From Caecitellus pseudoparvulus (taxonomy: Eukaryota; Protista; Bigyra: Bicosoecida), in NCBI GenBank assembly GCA_965644315.1, contig CBFFRQ010000013.1, forward strand, positions 62,001 to 126,000: a stretch of 64,000 nucleotides of DNA, given 5' to 3'. Numbering within the stretch: the first letter of the stretch is position 1; the number at the start of each line of letters is the position of its first letter. Below the pieces are notes generated by a model. That model saw only the letters and a program-made list of their open reading frames with translations, had not been told where the DNA came from and did no database searches. The position numbers were made by a program, and so were the translations under genes. Below, piece by piece: positions 1 to 11,814 of this stretch.

Positions 1-231
1 GCCTCGTGCCCAGCGAAGCGCTCCAGTCGTCGCAAAGCACGCATGCAGGCGAAGCTCAAAGCTCGGGCAAGGCCTGCAAGCTCCCGCGTCAGACCCATCT
101 CGGCACAGCTGTACAGCCGACTAGCGGGCAGCAGCGACTGGCCCTTGGCCGTTGCCGACAAGAGGGCCAGGGCGGTTTTCGGGGTGGATGCCCTGACCTT
201 GCTTGCCGCAGCGCGAAGTGTCGGGACGTAA
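1..231 (+). CDS. probable 3' end of a gene entering from outside the window
   Basis: Frame 1 is open from position 1 to TAA at 229-231 and converges on the CCDC124 stop 9 nt away, as other convergent pairs here do. No motif recognised. Confidence 0.35.
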   Translation, partial: ASCPAKRSSRRKARMQAKLKARARPASSRVRPISAQLYSRLAGSSDWPLAVADKRARAVFGVDALTLLAAARSVGT

Positions 232-240
232 GCCTGCCTA

Positions 241-1035
241 CTACTCGCTGCCCGCCGTGTCATCCACCTTCGCGTTGTACGCCACTTTTGTCTCGGAGTT
301 CATGGGGTTCTCCGGGGCCTTGCGCCACAAAGCAGCCAATCGCTCTTTGTACTGCGTGCGGCGCAGGCCAGGCTGCTCCTCCTTGAGCGCTGCCATGGCG
401 CTTGGCTCCCATGCTTTGTACGCAGCCTTTTGCCTGCGCTCCGGGTGGCGCTCCACAACCTCGGAGGCCTTCTTCGGGGCTGCAGTGGCCGCGAGAGCAG
501 CGTCAATGCCGGTGGCCCACTCAGTCGATGCGCCTCCATCCGCTGCCAGAGCCGCCTGCAGGGCTGCCAACTCGGCCCTGGCCGCTCGCTTGGCAGCAAC
601 CTTGGACAGGCCGCCTGTCTTGGTGCCTCGCTTGCGCACTCCCTTCATGGATGCGAGCTCCGCGTCTTCCTTCGCCTCCAAACTTGCCTTTTCTGCCTTT
701 CTGGCTTCTCTCTCTGCAGCCTTCCTGGCTGCTGCTTCGGCCCTGCACGCCGCGAGCAGCTGGGGTTCCACGCAAATTCCGCAGACGACGAAGGCGCACC
801 GCCCACTCACTTGCGGGAGGCCCTGTGGTTTGCACCTTGCGCCCAGGCTTCATCCTCAGCTTTGGCTTGGGCTGCGGCCGCCTTCTCCGCCTTGGCCGCC
901 TGTGCGAGCGGGAGAGCGGGGACCATGCGACGCTGCGCTGGTTCTGCTGGCATGGACTGAGCTGCGCACTCGTGAAGCTGACTTCTGAGCCTTGGCCTTC
1001 AAGCCACGTGTGTCCTCCGCCCACTTCTTCGGCAT
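241..1035 (-). CDS. CCDC124: coiled-coil domain-containing protein 124 (CCDC124/Lso2-like), 3 exons
   Basis: MPKKW start, EDEAW motif and C-terminal ERHPERRQKAAYKAWE...PGLRRTQYKERLAALWRKAPENPMN. Two GT-AG introns join the exons in frame. Confidence 0.88.
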
Positions 1036-1150
1036 GATGCTGGGCGTGGCTGTTCCAAGTGCACAGGGGTTGACGCTCTCGAACACCTTGTCAACGGATG
1101 GCAGACACTTTTCACAAGGTGCGTTTGAATTTGACCGCTCAATCCGGGAG

Positions 1151-2952
1151 CTACTTGGTTACGGCTTGGCCGCCCTTGTACTGCCGCTCAGCCGCCACAG
1201 CTGCTGCCGACTTGGACCAATCCACTTCCCCTCCATCGGTCAGTGCCTCCCAGCCTTCGCTGCCTAGTGGGTCGAATGTGGCGTGCAGCATGCGGCCGGC
1301 GCCGTGGGCTCCGCGCAAACCACCCTCGCTGGCCCCTCCTGCTGCGGGCTCCAGCTCAGCCAGCAGGCTTGTGGCCACCTCTGTCGTCTGTGACATGGAA
1401 CCACCGGGAGCAGACACGCAGAGGTCCAGTGGCAGCGCAAGGTCCAGCACCGGCTCGGCGTAGTGGCCCCGAAACTGCACCTGAGCAGACACGACACCCT
1501 GCCAGCGCAACACGGCCGCCGTGCCTGAGGCAGCGCTGGCCCGACCAACAGACACCGGCGTCATGTCAAACACTGCCGTTGTGTCGGCAACAGGGCGCTG
1601 CTTGGTCGTGGCGGAGCTCGCGAGCTGCCTGCTGCTTCCGTCCACATCCACGGCATAGGATGTGACGGTTGTCTCGGACACACGCAAGCGAGCAGCCTGA
1701 ATGCACGAGAATGGCAGTCCATCCGCATCAACCGCTTCAATGGACACCTGCAGCGCCACGGGTTTGCCTGGGGCAGGGCGCACAGCCCGGCACCGCACGC
1801 ACATGCGGCGGGTGAGGCGGAAAGCGGCTGGCTGCAGCCCCAGGCGCTCGGCGAGCCCTGCGCTGACGTCATCCGTCTTGGCGTGGATGACCAACGCTGC
1901 AGCATCATCCATGGGCGTCTTCTGCAAGTTCACGATGACGAGGCGGCCGCCCCTCTCGGCAGTGGCCAGGGGCATGTCGGCAGCAGGCGTCACTCGCAGG
2001 GAGGACCCCAGCACGACGCACAGGTCTGCCGCCTCGCCGTGGGCAAAGCCCGCCTCCAACTCCCTCTCCGGCAGGCTCTCGCCAAAGTTGATGATGGTGT
2101 CGTGCATGGTCTTGGCGCCGCAGGCGGGGCAGGGGCGGCCAGTGCGGTGGTCATGCACCTTGTTGCCCCTGCGGCGGGCGTGGAAGTCCCGCAGCACTTG
2201 CTTGCCGCACTTCTTGCAGTACTCCAGGTTCCTGCAGTGGGAAGGGAGGCAAGAGGTATCCTTTACTCGGGTGGACGAGCCTGCACTGCGCAGCCTGCAC
2301 GCACGAGTTGCCGTGCAGCTCCGCAAGGGCAGCTGACGGGAAGCCAGACCTGCGGTGCAGCCCGTCAGTGTTCTGAGAGATGAGGAACTTAAGGTACCCC
2401 GCTTCATGCATGGCTTTCAGGGCCATGTGTGTGCCGCTGGGAATGGCTTGGAGCGTGCTCTTGGTCTTGCGGGCGGCAGCCGCCGGGCGAGCAGCCTTGG
2501 CAGCCCGCAGCTCCCACACGCCAGCGCCCACCTCCAAGCTTGTGTTCATGCCCCTGTGTGCCACGGTGCCTCAAAGTGCTGGAAGCCGCAAGCGCAAGCT
2601 CCGCGTGCAGCACGCGCAACTCACGAGCGAAAGTCCGGAATGCCACAAGAAGTGCTGAAACCGACGAGGGCCAACGCGGGTACAGGGAAAGCATGTGAAG
2701 GCGATGCAGCAACCAGCAACGCAAGCTGTGCGCGTACCTGATGCCAGCTCCAGTGAAGGCGATGAAGTGCTTGGACCCCTTGATCCACTCAGCAAGCTGC
2801 GCGAGGGAGCGAGGGAAGGTGGTGCAGGCAACGTTGCCGCGCTCCCCACCACGCCAAACACCTCGCACCTGATCCAGCTTGGAGGCGAGCTCCTCAGGAG
2901 AATCGAAGAACTCAGCCTTCTCATCTGCACGTGAATGCGCTGTTGCTGCCAT
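1151..2952 (-). CDS. NAD-dependent deacylase, class IV sirtuin (SIRT6/7-like), multi-exon
   Basis: [31 protein letters not shown], CxxC...Cxx[18 protein letters not shown] and VNLQKTP motifs spread over exons. C-terminal FRGHYAEP as in SIRT7-like proteins. Confidence 0.92.
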
Positions 2953-3160
2953 GGCGACAGCTTTCTCTCGTTGTGTCACTGTTTCAGGGCTTGCGTGGGT
3001 TGCTGATGAGACGGAGTGGTGGTTTTTGGCGGCGGTCGCACGCTCTCCCTGACTCTGCTTGGAGATGCGCAGGGCCCGTCCGGCAGACCGAGCCCCCCCT
3101 CACCGCTCCCACTTGCGGTTGCATGGGTTTGACACCCCCAAGGCCCCACCCCAGCACAGC

Positions 3161-5386
3161 TCAGGCGCCTCCCAGCTTGCCCAGCGTCTGTGCTTCCCAG
3201 CCAAAGTCTCGCCCCAAGTACGCATACAGCGCCTCGTTGTGAGGCTTGTAGAAGTCGTGCAAGGTGCGCCTGACATCCTCTGGCATTGGCTGGTACGACG
3301 AGTGCATGCGCCAGCCAGTCTTCTCAAAGGAGGGGTACAGCGCACTGAACTGCTGCTCCATGGCCCCCGCGTCAGCCCACTCTGCGAGCTCGCCCGCGGA
3401 GGGCTGCGGCAGGCCAATGAACTCAGCCACGCGCTTCAGGGTATCGGGGCGGCGGTCATCCTCTTGAAGGTCCTCCGCCGCCAGCACCATGACGTTGTGA
3501 CGGCCGTACACGGCGTGCAGGGCCTGCATCTGGGGCAGGTACAGCCCTCGTGCGACGAAGTCCACAACGATGTTGCTGGTGCAGCCATTGGCCCAGCATC
3601 CCTCCGTGCCCCAGCCCACGCGACCATCCCTCCCCACGCACGTTTTCGCAATGCGCTGCGCCTCGCTGGCCAAACCCTGCACAGGGTGCACCGTTTCCAC
3701 CTGCAGGTGGGGGAAGGAGAGACACCTCTTCGCGAGGCCAGCATCAGGCGTGGGAGGTGTCCGCCCCTTTTGCGCACGGGCTGCCTTGCGAGGGGCAGGC
3801 TCCACCTCCACGTCGCCTGTGAGCTCTTGCGTTGGGGGCTCCCACCTTGCCTTGTCCGAGATCGGGTCAACATGCGTTGGCTGTGGGTGAGCCGCAAAAC
3901 CCAGTGCCCTGCTGGCAGATGCCACTGTCTCTTGCAACCAAGATGCGGGGGCGGACAGCCGCCGGTTTGGCGCCAAGCCGCCTTGCAACTTGGCTGCAGT
4001 GGCCTTGGACACCGCTGGCGGCATGAACCGCGTCAGGAAGGCCAGGTCGTCGGGGAAGTCGCCAGGCACGCCCTTTGGGAGAGGAACCCCCCGTGGGCGC
4101 TCTGTTTGGTAGTCAAAGAGGGGCACTTCCCGCTTGCCCCGCAGCTGGCGCTTGACAAGGCAGGGGATGACAGAGGTGACGAGGCCACGCGGGGACTTGA
4201 CGAGGGCTTCGACGCGGGGGTCGAGCAGGAGGTGCTTGCGCAGGCAGGCGCTGACGGTTTCAACGGTGATGGGGGAGTGATGCTGACCGCTTGCATGCTC
4301 ATGCGCTGCGTGGGCCATGGCGGTCTCGTTGCCTGCCTCCCACGCACGGATGAAGGCGGGGTAGTCAATGTCCCGCCCTGGGTGCCGGAAGCAGGGCTTG
4401 ATGATGCCGCGGTACACCGGGTTGAGTTGGTCTGGGTCGCTGGCGTCCAGCTGGGCTTCCACGCGCCTCAGCTTCATGTTCCACTCGCTGTACGCCCTGT
4501 CCACGGGGTTGCGCAGGATGACCAGCAGGCGCGCGTGGGGGATGAGGGTGGCCATCTTGGCGGGCGTGGACGTGCCAAGCATGTACGCTGGCGTGGCTTC
4601 CACGGCGAACTGCCGCCGGAAGAGAGCCAGGGACTTTGGCGCGCTGGCGAAGTCAGCCAGCGACGGCCCTAGCCCTGCCAGGGCCTGGAGTTTGTCCGGG
4701 GGCACGGTGGAGGAGGCGATGTCCACGGTGGATGCGGCCAGCTGGCGTGTGAAGCTGGCGGGGGCGTCCTCCTCCGCAGCGGCTAGCAGGACGGGGTCCA
4801 GCATGGAGTCAAAGTACTTGGCATACCCTTGACGGAAGGCCGAGTCCCTGTCGAAGAAATGGGCCTCCTTGGTCTGTGGCGGCACCACGGCTGACAGCCG
4901 CGACAAGTACCCCAGCAGGGCAGTGGAGCCCGACTTCTGCGCGCCCACCACCACGACGTTCGGCAGGCACACAATGCCGGGGGCAGTCTTGCCGCCCATG
5001 CCTTTCCCGCGCCGACGCTGTGCGCGGCAGCAACACTGCTTGCCGTTCACTGCTGGAACCCACACACAGAAGGCTTCGCCTGCAGGCAGGGCGCCTGCAG
5101 GCCCGCACTCGTCTCCGATGTCCCCTCTTACCAGCTCGTCTACGGGTGCCTGGCGTGGGATGCCTGGTGCACCACTCGCAAGGTGCCTTGGCCCCATGCC
5201 TGGCGCTGGAAACGGCTCTTGCCCGCTTGCAGGCTGAACTGATTTCCGCAAGATGCTGCTTGCCAGAGCATCTGCCCCCAACGCGCCCAACACCGCCAGC
5301 GCAGCCACGAGTAGTAACTTCCACGTGCTCTGGCGAGGTGGTTCTTCCTTTGCTGCAGCTGCTGAGCCCGCCTCAACATCAGCCAT
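3161..5386 (-). CDS. type II membrane (Golgi-type) sulfotransferase, heparan sulfate 3-O/N-sulfotransferase-like domain
   Basis: N-terminal TM (LLLVAALAVLGALGA), 5'PSB GAQKSGST, KEAHFFD, EATPAY, 3'PB ILRNPVDRAYS, RGLY and FYKPHNEALY...DFGWE. Single long ORF. Confidence 0.88.
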   Translation of the reverse strand: MADVEAGSAAAAKEEPPRQSTWKLLLVAALAVLGALGADALASSILRKSVQPASGQEPFPAPGMGPRHLASGAPGIPRQAPVDELVRGDIGDECGPAGALPAGEAFCVWVPAVNGKQCCCRAQRRRGKGMGGKTAPGIVCLPNVVVVGAQKSGSTALLGYLSRLSAVVPPQTKEAHFFDRDSAFRQGYAKYFDSMLDPVLLAAAEEDAPASFTRQLAASTVDIASSTVPPDKLQALAGLGPSLADFASAPKSLALFRRQFAVEATPAYMLGTSTPAKMATLIPHARLLVILRNPVDRAYSEWNMKLRRVEAQLDASDPDQLNPVYRGIIKPCFRHPGRDIDYPAFIRAWEAGNETAMAHAAHEHASGQHHSPITVETVSACLRKHLLLDPRVEALVKSPRGLVTSVIPCLVKRQLRGKREVPLFDYQTERPRGVPLPKGVPGDFPDDLAFLTRFMPPAVSKATAAKLQGGLAPNRRLSAPASWLQETVASASRALGFAAHPQPTHVDPISDKARWEPPTQELTGDVEVEPAPRKAARAQKGRTPPTPDAGLAKRCLSFPHLQVETVHPVQGLASEAQRIAKTCVGRDGRVGWGTEGCWANGCTSNIVVDFVARGLYLPQMQALHAVYGRHNVMVLAAEDLQEDDRRPDTLKRVAEFIGLPQPSAGELAEWADAGAMEQQFSALYPSFEKTGWRMHSSYQPMPEDVRRTLHDFYKPHNEALYAYLGRDFGWEAQTLGKLGGA

Positions 5387-5759
5387 GGTGCCGCGTTCGG
5401 GAGAAGCACAGGTGGAGCCTTCCCTGCCACTTGGCACGACACTGCTTGCTGGCGGAGGGCGAGCGCAAAGCGTGTCCGACTCATGTAAGTGTCCTGGCAC
5501 AACTGCAGGTCGTAGTAGTGCCCCAGGGGGGCTTTTGCTCCCGTGCGAGGTAGGGAACGAGCTGCAAGGAGCCCAGGACGGTGCATGCCTACTCAGCCAG
5601 CTGCGCCGCAGAAAACCCCACCAGACACAAACCATACCCCTTCAAGCCGTCCACAAGACACAGAGTCGAGGTCCAGTTCCATCCCGCTGACAGCAGCTTG
5701 AAGACTTCCGTTGTCAAAGCTCAGAGCCACAGCGTTCGCTGCCTGCGCCGACTCCCCGC

Positions 5760-6334
5760 ATGGCAGCGCTCTCGAGTGACGCAGCAGAGTCCATGGGCGA
5801 CGTAAGCGACCGTGAGAGCTGTGGGAAGGTTTACAACGTCACGTGTTCCACCCTTTGCGTGCACAGGTGGCGCTGCACACGGCTGCAGGGAGCCGGGGCA
5901 GTGCGGAAATCGGCGCCAGCACACGAGCAGACTTCCCGGCTCAAACCACAACCACGTTCAAGCCCACCAAGACGTCAGGGCGCAATCAGTACTCCGCTTC
6001 GCAGTCTGTTGAGCTTCCCCTGCAGCTGTCACTGCAGTCGCCGGCCAAGGACGTCTTCGTCGTGAGTGTCGCACACAGCCACTTCGCACGAGCGCAACGC
6101 AGCGAGCTTGGCCCGCGCCTGCAGGCGGCCCTCGCCCTCACCCGGCAACTGGAGCAGCAGGGATACTTGTCCATGACTGAAAAAAGCCTGCTGAAGCAGA
6201 TCATCGCCACGGCCAACCTGCACACGCTGAACATCTTGCTGGGAGCGTTGATGGTGTTTCAGCAGGATCAGGAGCAGGTGCCAGAGCTGGTGGAGACTCT
6301 CAAAGTCGTCATCTCCAGCAAAAACCTCCTGTAA
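5760..6334 (+). CDS. hypothetical small protein with C-terminal helical domain, 2 exons
   Basis: Exon 1 MAALSSDAAESMGD, then intron 5802-5866 (GTAAGC...CACAG) joins in frame to ORF 5843..6334. The C-terminus (LSMTEKSLLKQII...ELVETLKVV) looks globular. Confidence 0.6.
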
Positions 6335-6351
6335 CCAATGAAGCGTGCATT

Positions 6352-8510
6352 TCACTTGTCATCACCACTCTGCCCACGCCCAGCGGCGTCGGATGCCTGC
6401 GCAGCCACGGCTGCCGCAGCTGCTGCCTGTGCCGCAGCTGTGGCAGGGTCCTGGGGCATGCCAGAGTACAAGCTGGCCATGGGCAGAATGGGCCAGCCAC
6501 CTTCGGCTGTCCCAGCCTCGCCACTGGCTGCGGCTGCCTGCATGGCTGCGAGGGCGAAGTACGTCGCTTGGTTCAGCGCGCCAGGGTGCACCGCCCACTG
6601 CGCGGGGTGCATGCCGGCAGCCATGGCCATGGGCTGCACCGCCGCAGCTGCCTCCCCCGCCTCGTCCTCGGCCCGGGGCCTCTTTGAGGCCGCGTCGCCG
6701 TCCCCCGACCACTCGCCGTGCTCGCTGCCCTGCTCTGTCTCCGCTGCGCCGGCGTCCTCGCTGCTGTCGGGAGCCTTGTCCGCCCCCTTGCGGCGGCGCT
6801 TGCGGCCCCCTGTCGCGGCCGAGGACGCTGCACGCGAGGAAGGCATGTCAGTGGCAGCTCCGGCAGTCGCCGCGGCGGCAGCGGCCTGCGCCTCCGCCAT
6901 GCCCGGCCAGCTCATGGCACCCGACGTCGCCGGCATGCCAGCCATGGTTTGGAAGTACTGCATGGCGGGGGCAGCCGCCAGGGCCGCCGCCGGCCACGTG
7001 GCAGGCATGCCGGCCGTCGTGGTCCACGCGCCGCCGCCGCCAGCCTGCGCCGCCGCCAGGGGGAAGCCTGGCCACATGCCCGGCGCCGCCATGGCTGCCG
7101 CTCGCATGGCTTCCTGCATCGCATCCCACGCGCCGTCCACGCTGCCCTGCACCATGGCAGGCACGAAGGTGCCCGCCGGGAAGCCGCCCGAGGCGCCCAG
7201 AGCAGCGGCCAAATCGGCAGCGGAGGCAGCGCCTGCGCCGGCAGCGCCGCTGGCCTTGCGCCCGCGCTTGGAGCGGGCCAGGGCGCCGTCCTCCCCGCCG
7301 TGCTGCCCCCGCCTGCGGTTGTTGGAGCGCCGCTTGGCGTGGGACAGCAGCTCCTGCGCCTCGGCTGCGTCGGGGACGACGCCGAAGTTGTTGACACACA
7401 GCCGGGGGCGTGATAGGCACACGCGGTACTGCCGCTTCAGCTGGCGCTTCTCGTCGCCGGCTTCGTCGTGCGCAGCAGACAGTGTGTCAGGCAGCGCCAG
7501 TTCGAAGACGCCGGTGCGGGTGTGGAATGCGTAGGTGCCTGGGAGGTGCGGGGCAGGCGGCGGGTGCACCACAGCAGCATGTGCGTGTGGCAAGGCACGG
7601 CACCAAGGCCAGCAGACACCCACCATATGCCAGCGAGAAGTTCCGGCAGACTCCAGCCTGTGCATGGGATTCACAGCATGGGTGGGGCAATGTGCTGGGC
7701 AGGCAGCGCCGGCGCAGTGCCGTGCCTGCACGCCAGCGGGGCACGGCTTGTCCAACGCCAAACACACGATCAGAAATCTGACTGCATGACCACGCCAATG
7801 CAGGCACGAGTGCATCGACACAAGAGCAACCCGGCACCTGCAGGCTGCACCCCACCAGGCGGCATGGCGAAGTGCCCCCGTTTGTGAGCTGTGCAACGCC
7901 AGAGGACGGCGTTTCTCGCCGCACTCACGTTCAAAGCGGCGCCGTACGTCTCCAGGCTCTCCCTGAACTCGTCGCTTTGCAAGAGGCGCAGCTTGATGAT
8001 TTCTCCGTCCGAAAACCGCGAAGAGAGGAAGTCCCGGGCTGCAGCTTCGTACATGGCCTGCACAAAGCCAAGTGAACTCATTGAACTGGCACTGCCATGC
8101 CAGCAGAGCAAGCCTTGCACACGCCAGCCCAAGCACGCACGACAGACAGCTCCCGCTCACGAGTCTCCAGGAAGTACTCCGAGAAATCGAACCGTGTGAG
8201 GTATTGCACCTGTGCAGGGCAGAGGGGGTGGCGGTGGCGCAGTGTGGCACGCCCGTAGGCAGGCAGGGCAGCCTGAAGCCCCGCACCACGACGGAGGCGT
8301 CGGGCCAGGCGCACGCACACGCTGAAAGACTTTGGCCCACCCCAGCCCCTGTCGCACGAGGGCTTTATACACCTTGGTTGTGTCCTCCATGCGCTGCAAC
8401 CGCCCTGCCAGCAGCGCACTGTCTACATCGATGGCCCGAGGCACGAAGCCAGTGCCTAACGGCGTTTCAATCACCTTGGCCAGGGGCAGCCCGGCCGCCT
8501 TCCTGCTCAT
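6352..8510 (-). CDS. hypothetical multi-exon protein with Ala/Met/Pro-rich C-terminal half and basic NLS-like patches
   Basis: Coding-like exon blocks (MSRKAAG...WAKVFQ; VQYLTRFDFSEYFLET; AMYEAAARDF...YGAALN; TYAFHTRTG...) bounded by GT/AG, plus RKRRRK and KRPR motifs. Exact junctions uncertain. Confidence 0.55.
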
Positions 8511-8634
8511 GCCTGCGGGAGCCGAGGGAGATGCCTGCGTCGTCAATGACCCCCATGTACAGGCCAAGTGGCAGGGGTTCTGCAGAGTGCTCTGCGGCGG
8601 GTGGATTGTGCTGCGCCTCCTATTTGTGCCAGAC

Positions 8635-10432
8635 TCACTCAGCACTGGCTTCTCCCTCTGCGTGCTCGTGTAGCCACTGAGGCTCACTGCCCAACTCAGG
8701 GGGCAGCACCTGCCCCGACACCGTGACTATCTTGCTACCTTGCAAGTACGCATTGGCTGCCGCCTTGGGCAGCGGGATGGGGCAACCCTTGGGCAGTGGC
8801 CGCTGCTCCCCGGCCACCGTCTGGCCATCCGCCTGTGCCTGTGCAGCGGCCAGCAGTGCCTCGTGCCCTGACGGCAACTTGGTGTGGCCTGCCGCATACC
8901 GCTCTCGCAGCACCTGCACCGTGGCTGGCCGCAGGTTAAACACTGGGTCCGTCTGCACCAGCCGGTTGGCCTCCCCACCGTACACGTGCGGCGTGGGGAG
9001 GGGGTGTCCGGCGGCAGACGACTGGGCCAAGGCCAGGCCGCTCAAGCAGTAGCAGGTGTGGTAAAAGTCCCTTGCCCTGCGAGAGGTGGCGGCGGGTTTC
9101 GGCGGGTGTTGCCGCGTTCGGGGGTGCAGGGAGGGGGTGTGCCGTGCTGGGGCGAGGGCAGTCCACTCACAGGGGTGGCTTATCCCGCAGCCCACCCTTG
9201 AGCTGCTGGCAGCAGTGCACGATGTACTGCTGCAGCCGCGCCTGGTTGTACAGAGGCGGCTCCTCTGGCGACGCAGCCCTGGCCTGGGGCAGCATGTGCA
9301 GGGGGGCGGCCTGCCAGAAGGAGTAGCAGCCATCCACAAGCTTCAGCGTGCGGCCCTGGAAGCCGCCCTCCGCTGGCATCTGCCGCTGCACGAGCCATGC
9401 TGTGAGGCTGGGCACGTCTGCCTGCTCCAGGGCGCCCAGCAAGTGCAGTGCGGCAGTTGCGCAGTAAGTGTACCCGCCGTGCGCTTCGTTGAACGGCTCA
9501 GCGCCAAAGCCCCCTTCGTGGGTTTGGCAGGAGAGCAGAAACTGCACGAGGCTGGGTGAGCCCAGCTCCGGCGTGCGGATGCCAAGTAGGTCTGCGACGG
9601 CCATGGCCAGGTAGGCCCCTCGCACGTCCACCTCCCCTTCGTGGTGCACTCGCATGCCGCCGGTGTCGGCGTCGAGCAGGGCGAGGTAGTGCTGGTACAG
9701 ACTCGGGCGCAGCGCATCCAAGACTTCCATCGCAGGCGGGTACGCAGGGGCCATGGTGGCCAGGGCCATGACAGCGGCGTACGTCGGCGCACAGTGTGAC
9801 AACTGCTGGGGTCCACCCCCGAAGCCACCGCTGTCATTGACCATGCGGGCAAGTTGCCCTGTGGAGCGGGGAGCAATGCAGGCCTGCCTGCTGGGTGGCC
9901 AAGACGCCTGCGCAGCCCGGCGCCATACCTGTGATCTGTGGGTACAGCTGAGTGGGGGGCGCATCCAGCAAGTCCAGCCCATGCACAATCCAGAACACCA
10001 GCCATGCCCGACTGCATTGGGTTGTGCAGCATGGAAGGGTGACTGTGCCCTTGCACGCAAACGCAGGCGAAACGCTGCCTCACCTCGCATCGAGCGCGGT
10101 CATGCGCACTCCAAGCCACTTGAGACCAGATTCCAGGTACTGCACGTGATTCTCCCGCAGCAGTTTCATCGCACCATCAGCCGTGAACAGCATGCCACGC
10201 AGTTCCTGGGCCGGGCGACGGGCGTGGTGCAGCATGCAGTGTGTCAAACCACGGCCACGGCACGCACTCGAGGGAAAGAGGCAGGGGAGCCAAAGAACGA
10301 CGCGCATGTGCTTTCGCAATCCTTCTGGTCTTTCGATGTCTTCGTCTCGTGCCCCTCATCGTCGAACTGGAACAGAACGGACGTCCGGTCGGGCAGCAGC
10401 GGACCGAGGCTGCTGTCTTCGCCTGCAGCCAT
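8635..10432 (-). CDS. FNTB: protein farnesyltransferase beta subunit, multi-exon
   Basis: Prenyltransferase repeats: GGFGGGPQQLSHCAPTYAAV, EGEVDVRGAY, EAHGGYTYC, EGGFQGRTLKLVDGCYSFWQ, GGLRDKP, DFYHTCYCLSGL. Confidence 0.93.
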
Positions 10433-10660
10433 GCTTCCCGAGGCAAGTGTGAGGCCAGACAACAATGCAAAGGCCGCATGCTTTACACCAAACCCAGATG
10501 ATGTCTCCCAGTGGATGCTCGGTTCTGTGCTGGCCACCCATCTGCAAGACTTCGCTGCGTCGTGTCCATCCCTGCACAGCCTTCTCACTGTCAAGCCAGC
10601 GCCGGCAGCCGGCGAGCCTCAGGAGACGCCGGGGCAGACCAGGCGCCGAACGCTGCCAGC

Positions 10661-11786
10661 ATGTCTGCAGAACGCAAGTTCCTCATCGATGGCATCGTCC
10701 AGGGCATTCGAGTCGACGGCAGGGAGCTCCTGGATCGGCGGTGAGTTGGCGGCGTTTCATGCTGAAACGCGCACAGCTGAACAGGGTGGTCACCACCACG
10801 CTGCAGGTATACAAGTGTGGAGTGTGGCGTGTTGCCAGGCTGCTTCGGTTCTGCTCGAGTTGCCCTCGTGAACAGCGGCACGGATGTCCTGGCTGGCGTC
10901 AAGGTGAGCCCCTGCCTGAATCAGTAGGCACGCTGGAAGGTTGACCAGCACCCCGGTCCACTGCCCGCAGGCTGAGCTGCTGGACGCACCCGAGGGCGGG
11001 CGGGTGAAACAAGGTAGTGTGGAGATCCATGTCTCGCAGTGGTCCGCCGCTTCGTCTCAGGGCTCGCGAAGCACCGACGCTCCCCTCATCGCCAGCACTG
11101 TGGAGCGGTGCTTGGTGGGCTCTGGCGGCCTGCCCCTGGACAGCCTGGTGGAGGGTGACGGCGCCTTCTACTGGGTGCTGCACGTGGACATCACAGTGTG
11201 TGCTGACGGGGGGGGGCTGGTGGACGCCGCCGCCCTGGCCGCCTTCGCGGCACTGGCGGACACCGTGCTACCAGGCATCACCACCTCCACCACCGCCGCG
11301 GACGGCGACCAGGAGCCTGGGATGGAGGCCGTCGTGGACGAGGCGCCCTCTGCGGGGCGCAAGGTGGACGTCTCCGGCGTGCCGCTGCCCGTCACTCTGC
11401 ACGCCGTGGCGGGGCGCCTGGTGGTGGATGCCACGGACGTGGAGGAGGCCTGTGCCGACGCCGCCGTCACCGTGGCAGTGACTCCTGCTGGACGCGTGGC
11501 TGCCATCACCAGCACATCAGCCCCTGGCAAGCCCTGCCTCACCCCCACCCTCGTGGATGCCGCCCTCCGCAGCGCCGTCGCTATCGCTGAGGCCTCTGCC
11601 CCCCTGCGCTCGGCAGCGCTGGCGTCCGCCAGCTCCCTGCCCACAGCTGACGGCACTGGGTCCTTCGACCCCACCAGCATGGGGGGCACTGCCAGCGCGG
11701 AAGGGCTGCCCTCAGACGCCGTGGCAGCGGCCAAGGCAGCGCTGGGCGCCGACGCTGTGGCCAAGGGGCACCTGTCCCCCAAGTGA
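10661..11786 (+). CDS. RRP42: exosome complex RNase PH-like subunit, RRP42/EXOSC7-like, multi-exon
   Basis: ERKFLIDGIVQGIRVDGR, GSARV...TDVLAGVKAE, WVLHVDITV...GGGLVDAAALA, VVDATDVEEAC. Confidence 0.82.
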
Positions 11787-11814
11787 ATTGTGGCAGTGGT
11801 AATGCAGGAGTGGG

